A stretch of DNA of 64,000 nucleotides from Candidatus Bathyarchaeia archaeon (GTDB taxonomy: Archaea > Thermoproteota > Bathyarchaeia > Bathyarchaeales > Bathycorpusculaceae). Location of the stretch: the NCBI GenBank assembly GCA_050012755.1, contig JBEKGO010000002.1, positions 1 through 64,000 on the forward strand. Direction: 5' to 3'. Below, piece by piece: positions 51,601 through 61,056 of this stretch (its first letter is position 1; each line of letters opens with the position of its first letter). The notes beneath the pieces are model-generated. The model saw only the letters and a program-made list of their open reading frames with translations, made no database searches and was not told where the DNA came from. Made by a program: the position numbers and the translations under genes.

Positions 51601-51732
51601 ATGGAGCATTGTAAAAACCCCTTGAAGGACAATTGTAAAAACGAAAACATAAAACTGTATATCCAGAAAAACGGCGAGAATTTGCCGATTTGCCAGCAAT
51701 GCTGGATTAAAATAGCCGAACAAGAGTGGTGA
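51601..51732 (+). CDS. 43-aa Cys-rich microprotein (not in ORF track)
   Basis: MEHCKNPLKDNCKNENIKLYIQKNGENLPICQQCWIKIAEQEW*; ends 6 nt before the next gene. Confidence 0.7.
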   Translation: MEHCKNPLKDNCKNENIKLYIQKNGENLPICQQCWIKIAEQEW

Positions 51733-51738
51733 AAAAGA

Positions 51739-51987
51739 ATGGAGAATTTCAGTTCTAACAGCGCTAAATCGTACATTGGAAAAAACGTTAATCTTCACCT
51801 TAAAGATGGAGCCGTAATAATAAACGTGGAATTAACCCGCATTCGCAAGGGCGCAGGAAAAAACAGCTTAATCGAATACACTGCAGCCAGAAACCGCAGG
51901 GCTATTCGCATACCGTTAAGAAATGTTGCTTGGGCTGAAATGTTAAACCGAAATATAATGCAAATTAGCCGCCCGAAATGTTCTTGA
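51739..51987 (+). CDS. Small Sm/LSm-like-fold hypothetical protein
   Basis: SYIGKNVNLHLKDG resembles the Sm1 motif; IPLRNVAW resembles Sm2. Confidence 0.6.
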   Translation: MENFSSNSAKSYIGKNVNLHLKDGAVIINVELTRIRKGAGKNSLIEYTAARNRRAIRIPLRNVAWAEMLNRNIMQISRPKCS

Positions 51988-52031
51988 TAGGAAGATAAAA
52001 GCAGAAATACAAGCCACACATTACAAAGCTT

Positions 52032-52418
52032 ATGCGTTGCTCAAACTGCGGAATTTGTTGTACAGAAACGGAAATGTTGCTTGCGGTAAGAGACATAAAA
52101 CGCCTAGAAAAGAAAGGCTTTAGCAAGAACTACTTTGTGGAAATTGACAAGCAAGGTTATGCCGTGCTTAAGAATCGAGATGGCTATTGTGTTTTCTACG
52201 ATTTGAAAGGTCACCAATGCAGTGTTTATGCTGATCGGCCGTCTGGTTGTAGAGTTTATCCTGTAATTTTGGATGAGGAAAAAGGGATAGTTTTTGATGA
52301 AATCTGTAATTCTTGTAGCAGCATAACTGTGAAAGAAAGAAAAGTTAATGGAAAAAAAGTAACTAAGCTTCTAGAAAGAATCGATGTTGAAGCCGAAAAT
52401 AGGCGTTCTCAAGTCTAA
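52032..52418 (+). CDS. YkgJ-family cysteine-cluster protein
   Basis: CSNCGICC...YCVFYD...CSVYADRPSGCRVYP. Confidence 0.9.
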   Translation: MRCSNCGICCTETEMLLAVRDIKRLEKKGFSKNYFVEIDKQGYAVLKNRDGYCVFYDLKGHQCSVYADRPSGCRVYPVILDEEKGIVFDEICNSCSSITVKERKVNGKKVTKLLERIDVEAENRRSQV

Positions 52419-52430
52419 TAAAGACGGAAA

Positions 52431-52604
52431 TTACTTCTTTTTGTTTTGAACATCTTTACATTGGCAGCAAATTACTTTTGTGTTCTTCTGAGTTTCCAAT
52501 TCTTCCCTTTTAATTAGACCAGTCTTTACCTGTTTACCACAATTATCGCAAAGAAATTGTACTTCGGCAACTCTGTGATTGGATTGAAGAACTTGGAGAG
52601 GCAA
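52431..52604 (-). CDS. 57-aa zinc-ribbon microprotein (not in ORF track)
   Basis: MPLQVLQSNHRVAEVQFLCDNCGKQVKTGLIKREELETQKNTKVICCQCKDVQNKKK*. Confidence 0.65.
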   Translation of the reverse strand: MPLQVLQSNHRVAEVQFLCDNCGKQVKTGLIKREELETQKNTKVICCQCKDVQNKKK

Positions 52605-52613
52605 TTATTTTCC

Positions 52614-52751
52614 TTACTTACCAACTTTATCTTTGGAAAGTAAGTATTCAACGTATTCTCTTATGGTGCGGTTTGTTTCCTTGGCTCTTTTTTTGATGTC
52701 TTCATGAACCTTGTCGCTTACTGTTATGCACTTGTATCCTCTTCTGGGCAA
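52614..52751 (-). CDS. 45-aa ribbon-helix-helix-like protein (not in ORF track)
   Basis: MPRRGYKCITVSDKVHEDIKKRAKETNRTIREYVEYLLSKDKVGK*; GGAGA upstream. Confidence 0.72.
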   Translation of the reverse strand: MPRRGYKCITVSDKVHEDIKKRAKETNRTIREYVEYLLSKDKVGK

Positions 52752-52900
52752 AATGTCCAATCTCCATTCCGTATTTTACAGTACTCTAGTTATATATAAT
52801 TGACGGTGTTGTATGCTGCCTACTTCAACCGTGCGTCCTCCAATTGTGAAACCTTATATAAATGTACGTCCGCTAACTAAGAATCAGAGGGAAACAACAA

Positions 52901-53095
52901 ACGCCCAAAAAAGGCTACAAAAGCATCACTGTCAAGGCTGAGGTCTATGACTACTTCTTTAGAGAATGGCTCAGAGTCAAAGAGGAATACGCCATAAAAA
53001 AAGGCATTCACAGCTTCTCAGCATACGTTACCTACCAGCTATCTCAACTGATAAATGAAGACAAGAAACTCAACGATAAACGTAAAATGCCCTGA
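52901..53095 (+). CDS. 64-aa RHH-like protein with apparent ACG start (not in ORF track)
   Basis: ACG-PKKGYKSITVKAEVYDYFFREW...FSAYVTYQLSQLI; in-frame TAA upstream; TATA CCTTATATAAA at ~52852. Confidence 0.65.
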   Translation, partial: TPKKGYKSITVKAEVYDYFFREWLRVKEEYAIKKGIHSFSAYVTYQLSQLINEDKKLNDKRKMP

Positions 53096-53147
53096 AGCCC
53101 TACATATTTAAATAATTCTTGAAGTGACTTGTCAACGGTGAATTACT

Positions 53148-54149
53148 ATGCCTTGCACTGTAATCGTCGGTGCCTTCTGGGGAGACGAAGGCAAAGGAAA
53201 AATAATCTCCTATTTAGCCCTAAAAGATAACATTGATTTTTGTGTAAGAACTGGTTCGGTAAATGCAGCTCACACCGTCTGGTTTGAAGACAAAAAATAT
53301 GCTCTGCACATGGTTCCTGCTGCATTCTTAAATCCAAAAACGCGCCTGCTTATTGCGGCAGGAGCAAACGTTGAGGTTAAAACGTTTCTTGATGAAGTTG
53401 AATTAACTAAGGTTAAAGACAGAATTGCCATAGACCAGAACGCTTCGATAATTGAAGAAAAACATAGTGCTCAGGACAAGGCAAGTGCTGTCAATAAAGG
53501 AATCGGAACCACAGGGCGAGGAGTAGGACCTGCCTTGGAAGAACGGGTTAGACGTACAGCAAAGCTTGCCAAAGATATCCCCGAATTGAAACTTTATCTT
53601 ACTGATCAAGTGCAAGAAGTCAACGACGGCTTGGATGTCGGCAAAAAAGTAATACTGGAAGGCACACAGGGCTTCATGTTATCGCTGTTTTTGGGGGGCG
53701 GTTACCCTTATGTGACTGGAAGAGATACTGGCGCATCAGCTATCGCATCGGAGGCTGGAGTGGGACCCACAAGAGTAGACGATGTGCTAATAGTTTACAA
53801 ATCATTCATTACAAGAGTTGGAGCTGGCCCGTTGCCTGGAGAAATAACAAAAGAGGAAGCGCAGAAACGCGGATGGTTTGAAGTTGCCGCTGGGACGGGC
53901 AGAGATCGACGTTCAGCGCCATTTGATTTTGAATTAGCTAGGAAGACTGCAAAGATAAACGGTGCCACACAGGCGGCGATGACGAAGTTGGACTGCATTT
54001 TCCCGAATTGTAGAAACGCCAGAAATTACAGCGATTTGCCCAAAGAAGCAAAAGATTTCATTAAGGATGTCGAGGACAAAACAGAAGTCCCTATCGTTTT
54101 AATAGGCACTGGACCTGAAGCAATGGATATAGTAGATCGCAGAAAATAG
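53148..54149 (+). CDS. purA: Adenylosuccinate synthetase (short archaeal type)
   Basis: GAFWGDEGKGK, NAAHTV, IGTTGRGVGP, EGTQG, YPYVT, TRVGAGP. Confidence 0.95.
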   Translation: MPCTVIVGAFWGDEGKGKIISYLALKDNIDFCVRTGSVNAAHTVWFEDKKYALHMVPAAFLNPKTRLLIAAGANVEVKTFLDEVELTKVKDRIAIDQNASIIEEKHSAQDKASAVNKGIGTTGRGVGPALEERVRRTAKLAKDIPELKLYLTDQVQEVNDGLDVGKKVILEGTQGFMLSLFLGGGYPYVTGRDTGASAIASEAGVGPTRVDDVLIVYKSFITRVGAGPLPGEITKEEAQKRGWFEVAAGTGRDRRSAPFDFELARKTAKINGATQAAMTKLDCIFPNCRNARNYSDLPKEAKDFIKDVEDKTEVPIVLIGTGPEAMDIVDRRK

Positions 54150-54200
54150 GAACTTTTATTTCCTGACAATCAAATGCTCTTTCGAGGGCGAGACGCTAAG

Positions 54201-55337
54201 ATGACAGCTAACGAATCTATCAGAATTTCAACAGCCTTGCTAATACTTCTATTTACTGCAGGGCTTTTTATTGGCGGAATCGGAATTTACTTCTTAAGTT
54301 ACAGGGAAGTAAATTCTCTCAACGGTCAAGTTTCGAATCTGCAAAGCCAAGTTTCCAATCTCAGGGGCTTCCAAAACGTCACTTATCAAAACATCAATAT
54401 TCAGCAAAATGGCACATCACTGACTGACATTTATCAAGGGGTGCGAAACTCCGTTGTTTTAATACAAGGTGAAACGAGCAGCGGTACGGTGCAAGCATCT
54501 GGTTTTGTTTACAATTTTGCAGGCTCAATTGTTGTTTTAACTAATTATCATGTTGTTCAAGGTACAACCAGTTTGAGCGTCACGTTCTCCGATGGAAATG
54601 GCTATTCAGCCAGAGTTTTGGGGACTGATCCTTATTCAGATTTAGCGGTTGTTTCAGTTAATAATGCTCCCGTCACTGAATATAAACCGGTTACAATTGT
54701 AAGTTCATCTACGCTCAATGTCGGTGAATCAGTTATTGCCATTGGGAACCCCTATGGATTGGTTGGTTCATTAACAACAGGCGCTGTAAGTGCTTTGGGA
54801 AGAACAATAACCGAAGATACGGCTCAAGGCTTTGCGATTGCCAATATTATCCAAACAAGTACGCCTATTAACCCAGGAAACTCAGGAGGACCCCTTCTAA
54901 ATGCTGTCGGAAACGTCGTTGGCATCACGACAGCGATAGTTTCTAACTCTCAGGGATTAGGTTTTGCTATTCCATCAAACACAATTTTAAGAGAAATCTC
55001 GGCGTTGATAACAACAGGTTCTTACCATGGACACTCTTATCTTGGCGTTACAGGACAAGACATGGATTATGCAACAGCCCAGCAAACTGGAGACAGCATT
55101 ACTTACGGCTGGAAAATTGCCACAATAGTTAGTGGAGGACCTTCAGACGGCAAGCTAAGTGTTGGTGACATTATAATTGCGCTCAATAATCAAACAATTA
55201 GAAACAATGATGACTTAGCAAGCTACCTAGAAGAACATACTTTGCCAGGCAACAGTTTAACTATAACTGTTGTAAGAGGAAGCGCACAACTAAATGTAAT
55301 TGTTGTCCTCGGAGAAAGGCCAGCGGCTACATCATAA
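54201..55337 (+). CDS. HtrA/DegP-like serine protease with PDZ domain
   Basis: TNYHVV, DLAV, AIGNPYG, INPGNSGGPL. Confidence 0.93.
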   Translation: MTANESIRISTALLILLFTAGLFIGGIGIYFLSYREVNSLNGQVSNLQSQVSNLRGFQNVTYQNINIQQNGTSLTDIYQGVRNSVVLIQGETSSGTVQASGFVYNFAGSIVVLTNYHVVQGTTSLSVTFSDGNGYSARVLGTDPYSDLAVVSVNNAPVTEYKPVTIVSSSTLNVGESVIAIGNPYGLVGSLTTGAVSALGRTITEDTAQGFAIANIIQTSTPINPGNSGGPLLNAVGNVVGITTAIVSNSQGLGFAIPSNTILREISALITTGSYHGHSYLGVTGQDMDYATAQQTGDSITYGWKIATIVSGGPSDGKLSVGDIIIALNNQTIRNNDDLASYLEEHTLPGNSLTITVVRGSAQLNVIVVLGERPAATS

Positions 55338-55513
55338 AAATCTCTCAAATTTCCTATAATAATTCTGTTTGACAGTATTTTCTTAAAAAATAATTCACTT
55401 TCTTTCGTGAAACAAATTAGCAGGCGACTGATTGCCGTGCTTTTTGTTTCCCTTTTAAATTAAGGGATAAATACTGGAAGTGCAATTTCGTTACCTTAAA
55501 GGAGAAATAAAAG

Positions 55514-55936
55514 TTGTCTGTAGCGCAAAGAAAATATTTCACTGAAATCGCAGCGTTGGCAGATAAAACTGTGTCTGTTGTAACAACTACAGGAAAAACA
55601 TTTACTGGCACATTAATCGGCATTAACCCTGACAATATGAGCCTAAGCATAAGTGATGCTAAAGATGAATCTGGAAAATTAGTTCACAGAATATTCCTAA
55701 ACGGATCTGTCGTGGCTCAAATATCAAGCGCAGAAAAACCCTTCGACCTTAAAGGCTTAGCTTCCAGACTTGAAAAAGTTTTTCCAACTATGGTTAAACT
55801 ATATGAAGACCAAGGGTTCATTTGGGTAATGGACAAAGTGAAACTTACCGAAAAAGGCGTAACTGAAGGTTCAGGTCCAGCTGCTGATCGAGTGCAAAGA
55901 GTTTACGAAGCGTTCATGAGTGAAGTAAAAACCTAA
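55514..55936 (+). CDS. Lsm-family RNA-binding protein (SmAP3-like)
   Basis: DKTVSVVTTTGKTFTGTLIG Sm fold plus C-terminal domain (LEKVFP..VK). Confidence 0.8.
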   Translation: MSVAQRKYFTEIAALADKTVSVVTTTGKTFTGTLIGINPDNMSLSISDAKDESGKLVHRIFLNGSVVAQISSAEKPFDLKGLASRLEKVFPTMVKLYEDQGFIWVMDKVKLTEKGVTEGSGPAADRVQRVYEAFMSEVKT

Positions 55937-56685
55937 ATAAACCAGCGCAGTTGTTGATCCTCTTTCTTCTTTTCTTCTGTTATGCTTCTGATAATTCCAA
56001 ATGATTCTAAGGTCTTTTTAATTTCGACCCCGCTTTCTTCTAACTTGGATTGGTCAACATTAAGGTTCAAGTATTTGTCGAGCAAATTCAAGGCGTATCT
56101 TGCAGCGTTTACGTCAGGATTCATTCCGAGAGTATCTACAAGAAGCGAGAAACCTTTCATATCCCTGATTCTTGCCAGCCCAATAGATAAGCCAGCGATG
56201 CCGAAAACATGTCCAACCATCACCTTGGTTCCCAGATCCAGAGCTTCTTGCATTGTATCCAAATCAGTGGCAGTGCTGTAAATTGCAGGTACAGGCTGTG
56301 CCTCGTCTTTTTTGAAGCCACCGATAGAAATTACGAAGCGGGAGCCAAACTGTTGTGCTAAATCAAGAACTTTACCAACCAATTCATATTGCCCCACAGT
56401 TGTCAACGCTTGTGTGTTTCCGAACCAAATAATTAAGTCGCGTGCGCTATCTCTTCGCTTAACATAATATAGTTCATTTATAGGTGTAAGTGCTCCCCCA
56501 TCTCCTGTTGTGACGGCAAAATCTTGGAATGACGAAGAAAAAATCTGCACAAATTTTTTGGCTTTAAGCTCTTTTATCAAATGCAGTGTCGCGATGTTAG
56601 CTACAAATCCTATGCCTGGCAACCCTTCAATGAGGATTGGGTCGTTCAGTTTTGGTTTTTCAATTATATCAATAGAGCAAACCAT
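55933..56685 (-). CDS. PAC2-family proteasome assembly chaperone
   Basis: LIEGLPGIGFVANIA, GNTQ, ISIGGF, GIAGL, PDVNAA. Confidence 0.88.
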   Translation of the reverse strand: MVCSIDIIEKPKLNDPILIEGLPGIGFVANIATLHLIKELKAKKFVQIFSSSFQDFAVTTGDGGALTPINELYYVKRRDSARDLIIWFGNTQALTTVGQYELVGKVLDLAQQFGSRFVISIGGFKKDEAQPVPAIYSTATDLDTMQEALDLGTKVMVGHVFGIAGLSIGLARIRDMKGFSLLVDTLGMNPDVNAARYALNLLDKYLNLNVDQSKLEESGVEIKKTLESFGIIRSITEEKKKEDQQLRWFI

Positions 56686-56946
56686 TGTTGCGCATCTCTC
56701 TTCGTTATTAGACAAACTATGGTGATATAAGCATGCCTAATCTAATTGGGACTTATGTTTAGGCTGTCGCCTGCTTAAGATTTTATAGAGTAAGCATCAA
56801 GCGAACAGCATTATCAATCAAGAGGCTTTTTCGGGGGTAGAATCCCGAGTGACTTAGCCAAAAATAAATCCTGTGCTTGCTCTGGTTGTCTATCTTTTTT
56901 TAAACTTTTTTATAATCGAGCAGCCCATCATGTTTAGGTTTCAGCG

Positions 56947-58572
56947 TTGAGTTTCGAAATCAAAGAAAAGGACTTACTTGGCAGAATAGGCAAACTAAAA
57001 ACTAAAAGCGGAACAGTGGAAACTCCCCTTTTATACCCTGTAATTAACCCCAGTATCCAGCTAGTTAACCCAAGAAAGCTTAAGGAAAACTTCGGTTTTG
57101 AAGCAATAATAACGAACGCTTACATACTCAATAAACGCTATGGCGACAAAGTGGTCAACGAAGGTTTGCATAAATTTTTGGATTTCGATGGAGCTGTAAT
57201 GACTGATTCAGGAGCTTACCAAATCCTTGTTTATGGCGAAGTAGAAGTCAGCCAAAAAGAAATCGTTGCTTACCAAGAAGCCATCGGCAGTGACATTGCC
57301 ACAATGCTAGACATTCCAACAGGGTGGAAAGTAACTAAAGAACAAGCCCAAGAAACCGTGGCTGAAACATTAAAACGAGCTAAGGCTTTCTTCAAAATCA
57401 AAACACGCGATGATATTTTATGGGTTGGACCAGTACAAGGCGGAAGACACCTAGACCTCGTTGCCAGTTCAGCTCTCGAAATGGGAAAATTGCCTTTCCA
57501 AATCCACGCGCTCGGAAGCCCAACTGAAGTTATGGAAAGCTACCGCTATGACGTGTTAGCCGACATGATATTAACCGCTAAAAAAGGCTTGCCTATTGAG
57601 CGCCCACTGCATTTGTTTGGCGCTGGGCACCCAGCCATGTTTTCGCTTGCAGTGGCTTTGGGCTGTGACCTTTTTGACTCAGCAGCTTATGTTTTGTATG
57701 CTCGAGAAAACCGTTACATGACTGAAAACGGCACATGGCGACTACACGAGCTAGATCATTTTCCATGTTCGTGCCCTAGATGCTCATCTGAAACGCCAAG
57801 AGGGCTTGAACAGAAACCAAAAAAGGAACAAGAGATTTTCTTAGCTGAACATAATCTTTATGTTTGCGTTGCGGAGATGCGACGAGTTAAGCAGGCTATA
57901 AAGGACGGCAGATTGTGGGAGCACACAGAAATGCGAGTTCACGGGCATCCAGCGTTGCTCTCTGCGCTCAAAAAACTTCGAAATCATGTTGATTTTCTTG
58001 AAAAGCACAGTCCAATAGTAAAGAGTAGTGGTTTCTTCTACTTTGGTTCTGAAGGACTTGCACGCCCCGAAATCACACATTACCGCAAACGTTTAACTGA
58101 ACGGTATGACCCGCCCAGCAACGCGAAAGTTCTGTTTCTTGTACCTCAGACACGAAATAAGCCGTTTCATAAAGCACCTGAATTCAAAAAGATTCGCCAG
58201 CTTTTCCGCAGTTTAGGCGAAAACTTTGCGTCAAAAATCCATGTCTGCGTTTACTGTGCCCCATTTGGCGTGATTCCATTGGAACTTGATGAGACTTATC
58301 CGTTGAGCCAGCATGAAGCCGCTTTGCCAATCGACTTAGAAACTGTGGATTATGTTGCAAATCAAACTCAAGAATATATTGTACGTTCGGCTTACGTGAG
58401 TGTTGTCTTGCTTAATGATGCTAAACTTTGGCAAGACACAGTTGAAAAGGCCTGCAAATCAGCGTGTAGGGCGAAGGGTTTAGCGTTTGACTGCGTTGGT
58501 GTCGATGTGAAAGAAAGCAAAGAGATTTTAGCTCGTTTAGAGAAGATTTTTCGGAAACATCTGAGTGAATAA
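56947..58572 (+). CDS. tgtA: Archaeosine tRNA-guanine(15) transglycosylase
   Basis: MTDSGAYQ, LDIPT, PVQGG, PLHLFGAGHP, DLFDSAAY, PCSCPRC, AEHNL. Confidence 0.95.
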   Translation: MSFEIKEKDLLGRIGKLKTKSGTVETPLLYPVINPSIQLVNPRKLKENFGFEAIITNAYILNKRYGDKVVNEGLHKFLDFDGAVMTDSGAYQILVYGEVEVSQKEIVAYQEAIGSDIATMLDIPTGWKVTKEQAQETVAETLKRAKAFFKIKTRDDILWVGPVQGGRHLDLVASSALEMGKLPFQIHALGSPTEVMESYRYDVLADMILTAKKGLPIERPLHLFGAGHPAMFSLAVALGCDLFDSAAYVLYARENRYMTENGTWRLHELDHFPCSCPRCSSETPRGLEQKPKKEQEIFLAEHNLYVCVAEMRRVKQAIKDGRLWEHTEMRVHGHPALLSALKKLRNHVDFLEKHSPIVKSSGFFYFGSEGLARPEITHYRKRLTERYDPPSNAKVLFLVPQTRNKPFHKAPEFKKIRQLFRSLGENFASKIHVCVYCAPFGVIPLELDETYPLSQHEAALPIDLETVDYVANQTQEYIVRSAYVSVVLLNDAKLWQDTVEKACKSACRAKGLAFDCVGVDVKESKEILARLEKIFRKHLSE

Positions 58573-58574
58573 CG

Positions 58575-59168
58575 TTGATTCAGGCAGACCTTCATATTCA
58601 CACAGTTTACTCTTCTGACTCGCTTATCCAACCTAAAAGTTTGGTTGACATGCTTGTAGCGCACAGTTTCATTAAGGTTGCAGCCGTAACTGATCATGAC
58701 AACGTCCGCGGTTGCAGAGCAACGGTTGAGTTGGCTGCTGCTTACCCTGATGTCCTGATTATCCCAGGCGTAGAAATCAGCACGACAGAGGGGGACATAT
58801 TGATTTTGGGGGCTGAGGAGTTGCCGCCTAAGCCTTGGACAGCAGAGACAGTGGTTGATTACGCAAAAAACATAGACGCCGTCACCATTGTGGCTCATCC
58901 TTTCCGCGAATATGGCATGGGAGAGTCAGCAAGAAAATATAATGTCGACGCGATTGAGGTCCTCAACGGCAACTCATCAACAGCAGCCAATAATGAAGCG
59001 AAAGCGCTTGCCAAAAGCATGGGTTTGCCCGGCACAGCCGGCAGCGACGCGCACCAAGTTTCAGAGCTGTTTAGCGTCAACGCAAAAATCGAAGCAAATT
59101 TGAATGTTGAATCGGTGTTAAAGGCAATTAAGAAGGGTTCCATATCTACGCAAGTAACAAAAGGATAA
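58575..59168 (+). CDS. PHP-domain phosphoesterase
   Basis: DLHIHTVYS, TDHD, GVEIST, AHPFR, GSDAH. Confidence 0.92.
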   Translation: MIQADLHIHTVYSSDSLIQPKSLVDMLVAHSFIKVAAVTDHDNVRGCRATVELAAAYPDVLIIPGVEISTTEGDILILGAEELPPKPWTAETVVDYAKNIDAVTIVAHPFREYGMGESARKYNVDAIEVLNGNSSTAANNEAKALAKSMGLPGTAGSDAHQVSELFSVNAKIEANLNVESVLKAIKKGSISTQVTKG

Positions 59169-59232
59169 ATATCTTTTTAAAACACCTGCGTTAATTTTTA
59201 ATCGTCAAAGGTTAACATTAGGATTGGTCTGA

Positions 59233-60489
59233 TTGCAGGTTGGATTTTTAGGCGGAGCTAGAGAAGTTGGCAGAATTGGCATAACTGTTAAGTCTCAAAA
59301 AAGTAAAGTTGTGCTAGATTACGGAGTCATGCTTGATCATGAACCTGGTTTCCCAATGCATGTTCCACCCAAAGAGTTAGATGCGGTTATTCTAACTCAC
59401 AGCCACCTTGACCATTCAGGAGCCATCCCAATCTTTTACATAAACGACAAAAAACCATTAATCACAAACAAACTAAATTTGGAATTAACTCAGGTTCTAA
59501 TTCAAGATTTTATTCATTTATCAAGTTACTATTTGCCTTTTGAGTATCTTGAACTTAACACAATGATGCATAACAGTAGACACATAGATTTTGGTGTAGA
59601 AGAAACCGTCGGCGATATGAAAATTAAACTGTTTGATGCAGGACATACCCCTGGAAGCGCTCAGGTGCAAGTTGAAGCAGATGGCAAAAAAATTCTCTTC
59701 ACTGGCGACTACAACATGGAAGATAGTAAAATGTTAAAAGGCGCCACAATGGATTACGGCGATTTCGACGCTGTTATTACAGAGAGCACTTATGCAAGTG
59801 AAGATCATACCTTGCGACCTGAACTCGAAAAAAGTTTTGTTGAAGCAGCAACCGAGGTAGTTGAGCGTGGTGGAACTGTTCTGGTTCCAGCGTTTGGTGT
59901 GGGGCGGGCGCAGGAGATTGCTTGCGTTTTGTCGGCAAACCATTTTGAATACCCAGTGGTTTTGGATGGTATGGCTCGGGAAGCTAGCCGAATAATGATG
60001 AATTACAAAGAGTTCCTGAGAGACCCCAAGCTCTTCATGAATGCCATGCACTCATTGGATTGGGTTGATGGCTGGAGAGATCGACGCAGAGCAGCTAGGG
60101 ATCCAGGCGTTGTTATTTCACCCGCAGGCATGTTGAAAGGTGGTCCATCACAATTTTATGTTTCAAAAATAGCCAAGAAGGCAACTAACGCAATTTTCCT
60201 GGTTAGTTATCAGATTCCTGGTACACCCGGCAAACAATTAATGGACACGGGTGTTACCCTGGTTGATGGAAAAGTGCGTAAGGTCAAGTCGCAGTATCGA
60301 CATTTCGATTTCTCCTCTCATTGTGGAGCAAGCCAACTCAAAGAAGGCTTACGACGCCTCGGAGGGAAACCAAAAGTATTCTGCGTTCACGGTGCAGAAG
60401 GCAACTGTGAATTGTTTGCGAATTGGGCAAAAACCGAGCTTGGATTAGATGCGGTAGCTCCTAGAACTGGTGAAACTTTCGAAATTTAG
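59233..60489 (+). CDS. Beta-CASP metallo-beta-lactamase ribonuclease (aCPSF2-like)
   Basis: GGAREVGR, THSHLDHSG, AGHTPGS, TGD, ESTY, FSSH, VHG. Confidence 0.9.
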   Translation: MQVGFLGGAREVGRIGITVKSQKSKVVLDYGVMLDHEPGFPMHVPPKELDAVILTHSHLDHSGAIPIFYINDKKPLITNKLNLELTQVLIQDFIHLSSYYLPFEYLELNTMMHNSRHIDFGVEETVGDMKIKLFDAGHTPGSAQVQVEADGKKILFTGDYNMEDSKMLKGATMDYGDFDAVITESTYASEDHTLRPELEKSFVEAATEVVERGGTVLVPAFGVGRAQEIACVLSANHFEYPVVLDGMAREASRIMMNYKEFLRDPKLFMNAMHSLDWVDGWRDRRRAARDPGVVISPAGMLKGGPSQFYVSKIAKKATNAIFLVSYQIPGTPGKQLMDTGVTLVDGKVRKVKSQYRHFDFSSHCGASQLKEGLRRLGGKPKVFCVHGAEGNCELFANWAKTELGLDAVAPRTGETFEI

Positions 60490-60498
60490 GCTATTTGC

Positions 60499-61050
60499 AT
60501 GAAAATAGGTATTTTGTCTGTCGGCCAATTAGCTCCTGACGCGTTGGTTAACCTTAAGCAAGAGTTAGTTAAAATTCTTCCTGACACCGACTGCACAACG
60601 ATTAAAGATTCTTTTCCTGTTCCAAAGCAAGCTTTTGACAAGAAACGTAGCCAATATAATTCAAGCATTATACTTGACGATCTGAGAGTTTTCATAGTTA
60701 AAAAACCCCAGTATCATCGTGTTTTGGGTGTAATTGATGCTGACATCTTTGCTTCTGGCTTGAATTATGTGTTTGGTGAAGCTTATGTTTCTGGAAGGGC
60801 TGCTTTGATTTCGCTCTGGAGACTTAAACCCCAGTTCTATCGTGAAAACGTCAACATAACTGTCTTTGTCTCAAGGATGGTGAAGGAAGCTGTGCATGAG
60901 TTGGGGCACACTTTGGGTCTTCAACATTGCTCGCGGAGTTTCTGTGTTATGCATTTTTCAAATTCTATTTTTGATACAGATAAAAAGCAAAGCTTATTGT
61001 GTGACCAATGTTATTTGCAAACGGCTTTAGCTATTAGCAATTTAGGGTAA
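60499..61050 (+). CDS. amzA: Archaemetzincin zinc protease
   Basis: LNYVFGEA, KEAVHELGHTLGLQHC..CVMHFSNS...CDQC. Confidence 0.92.
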   Translation: MKIGILSVGQLAPDALVNLKQELVKILPDTDCTTIKDSFPVPKQAFDKKRSQYNSSIILDDLRVFIVKKPQYHRVLGVIDADIFASGLNYVFGEAYVSGRAALISLWRLKPQFYRENVNITVFVSRMVKEAVHELGHTLGLQHCSRSFCVMHFSNSIFDTDKKQSLLCDQCYLQTALAISNLG

Positions 61051-61056
61051 GCAACC

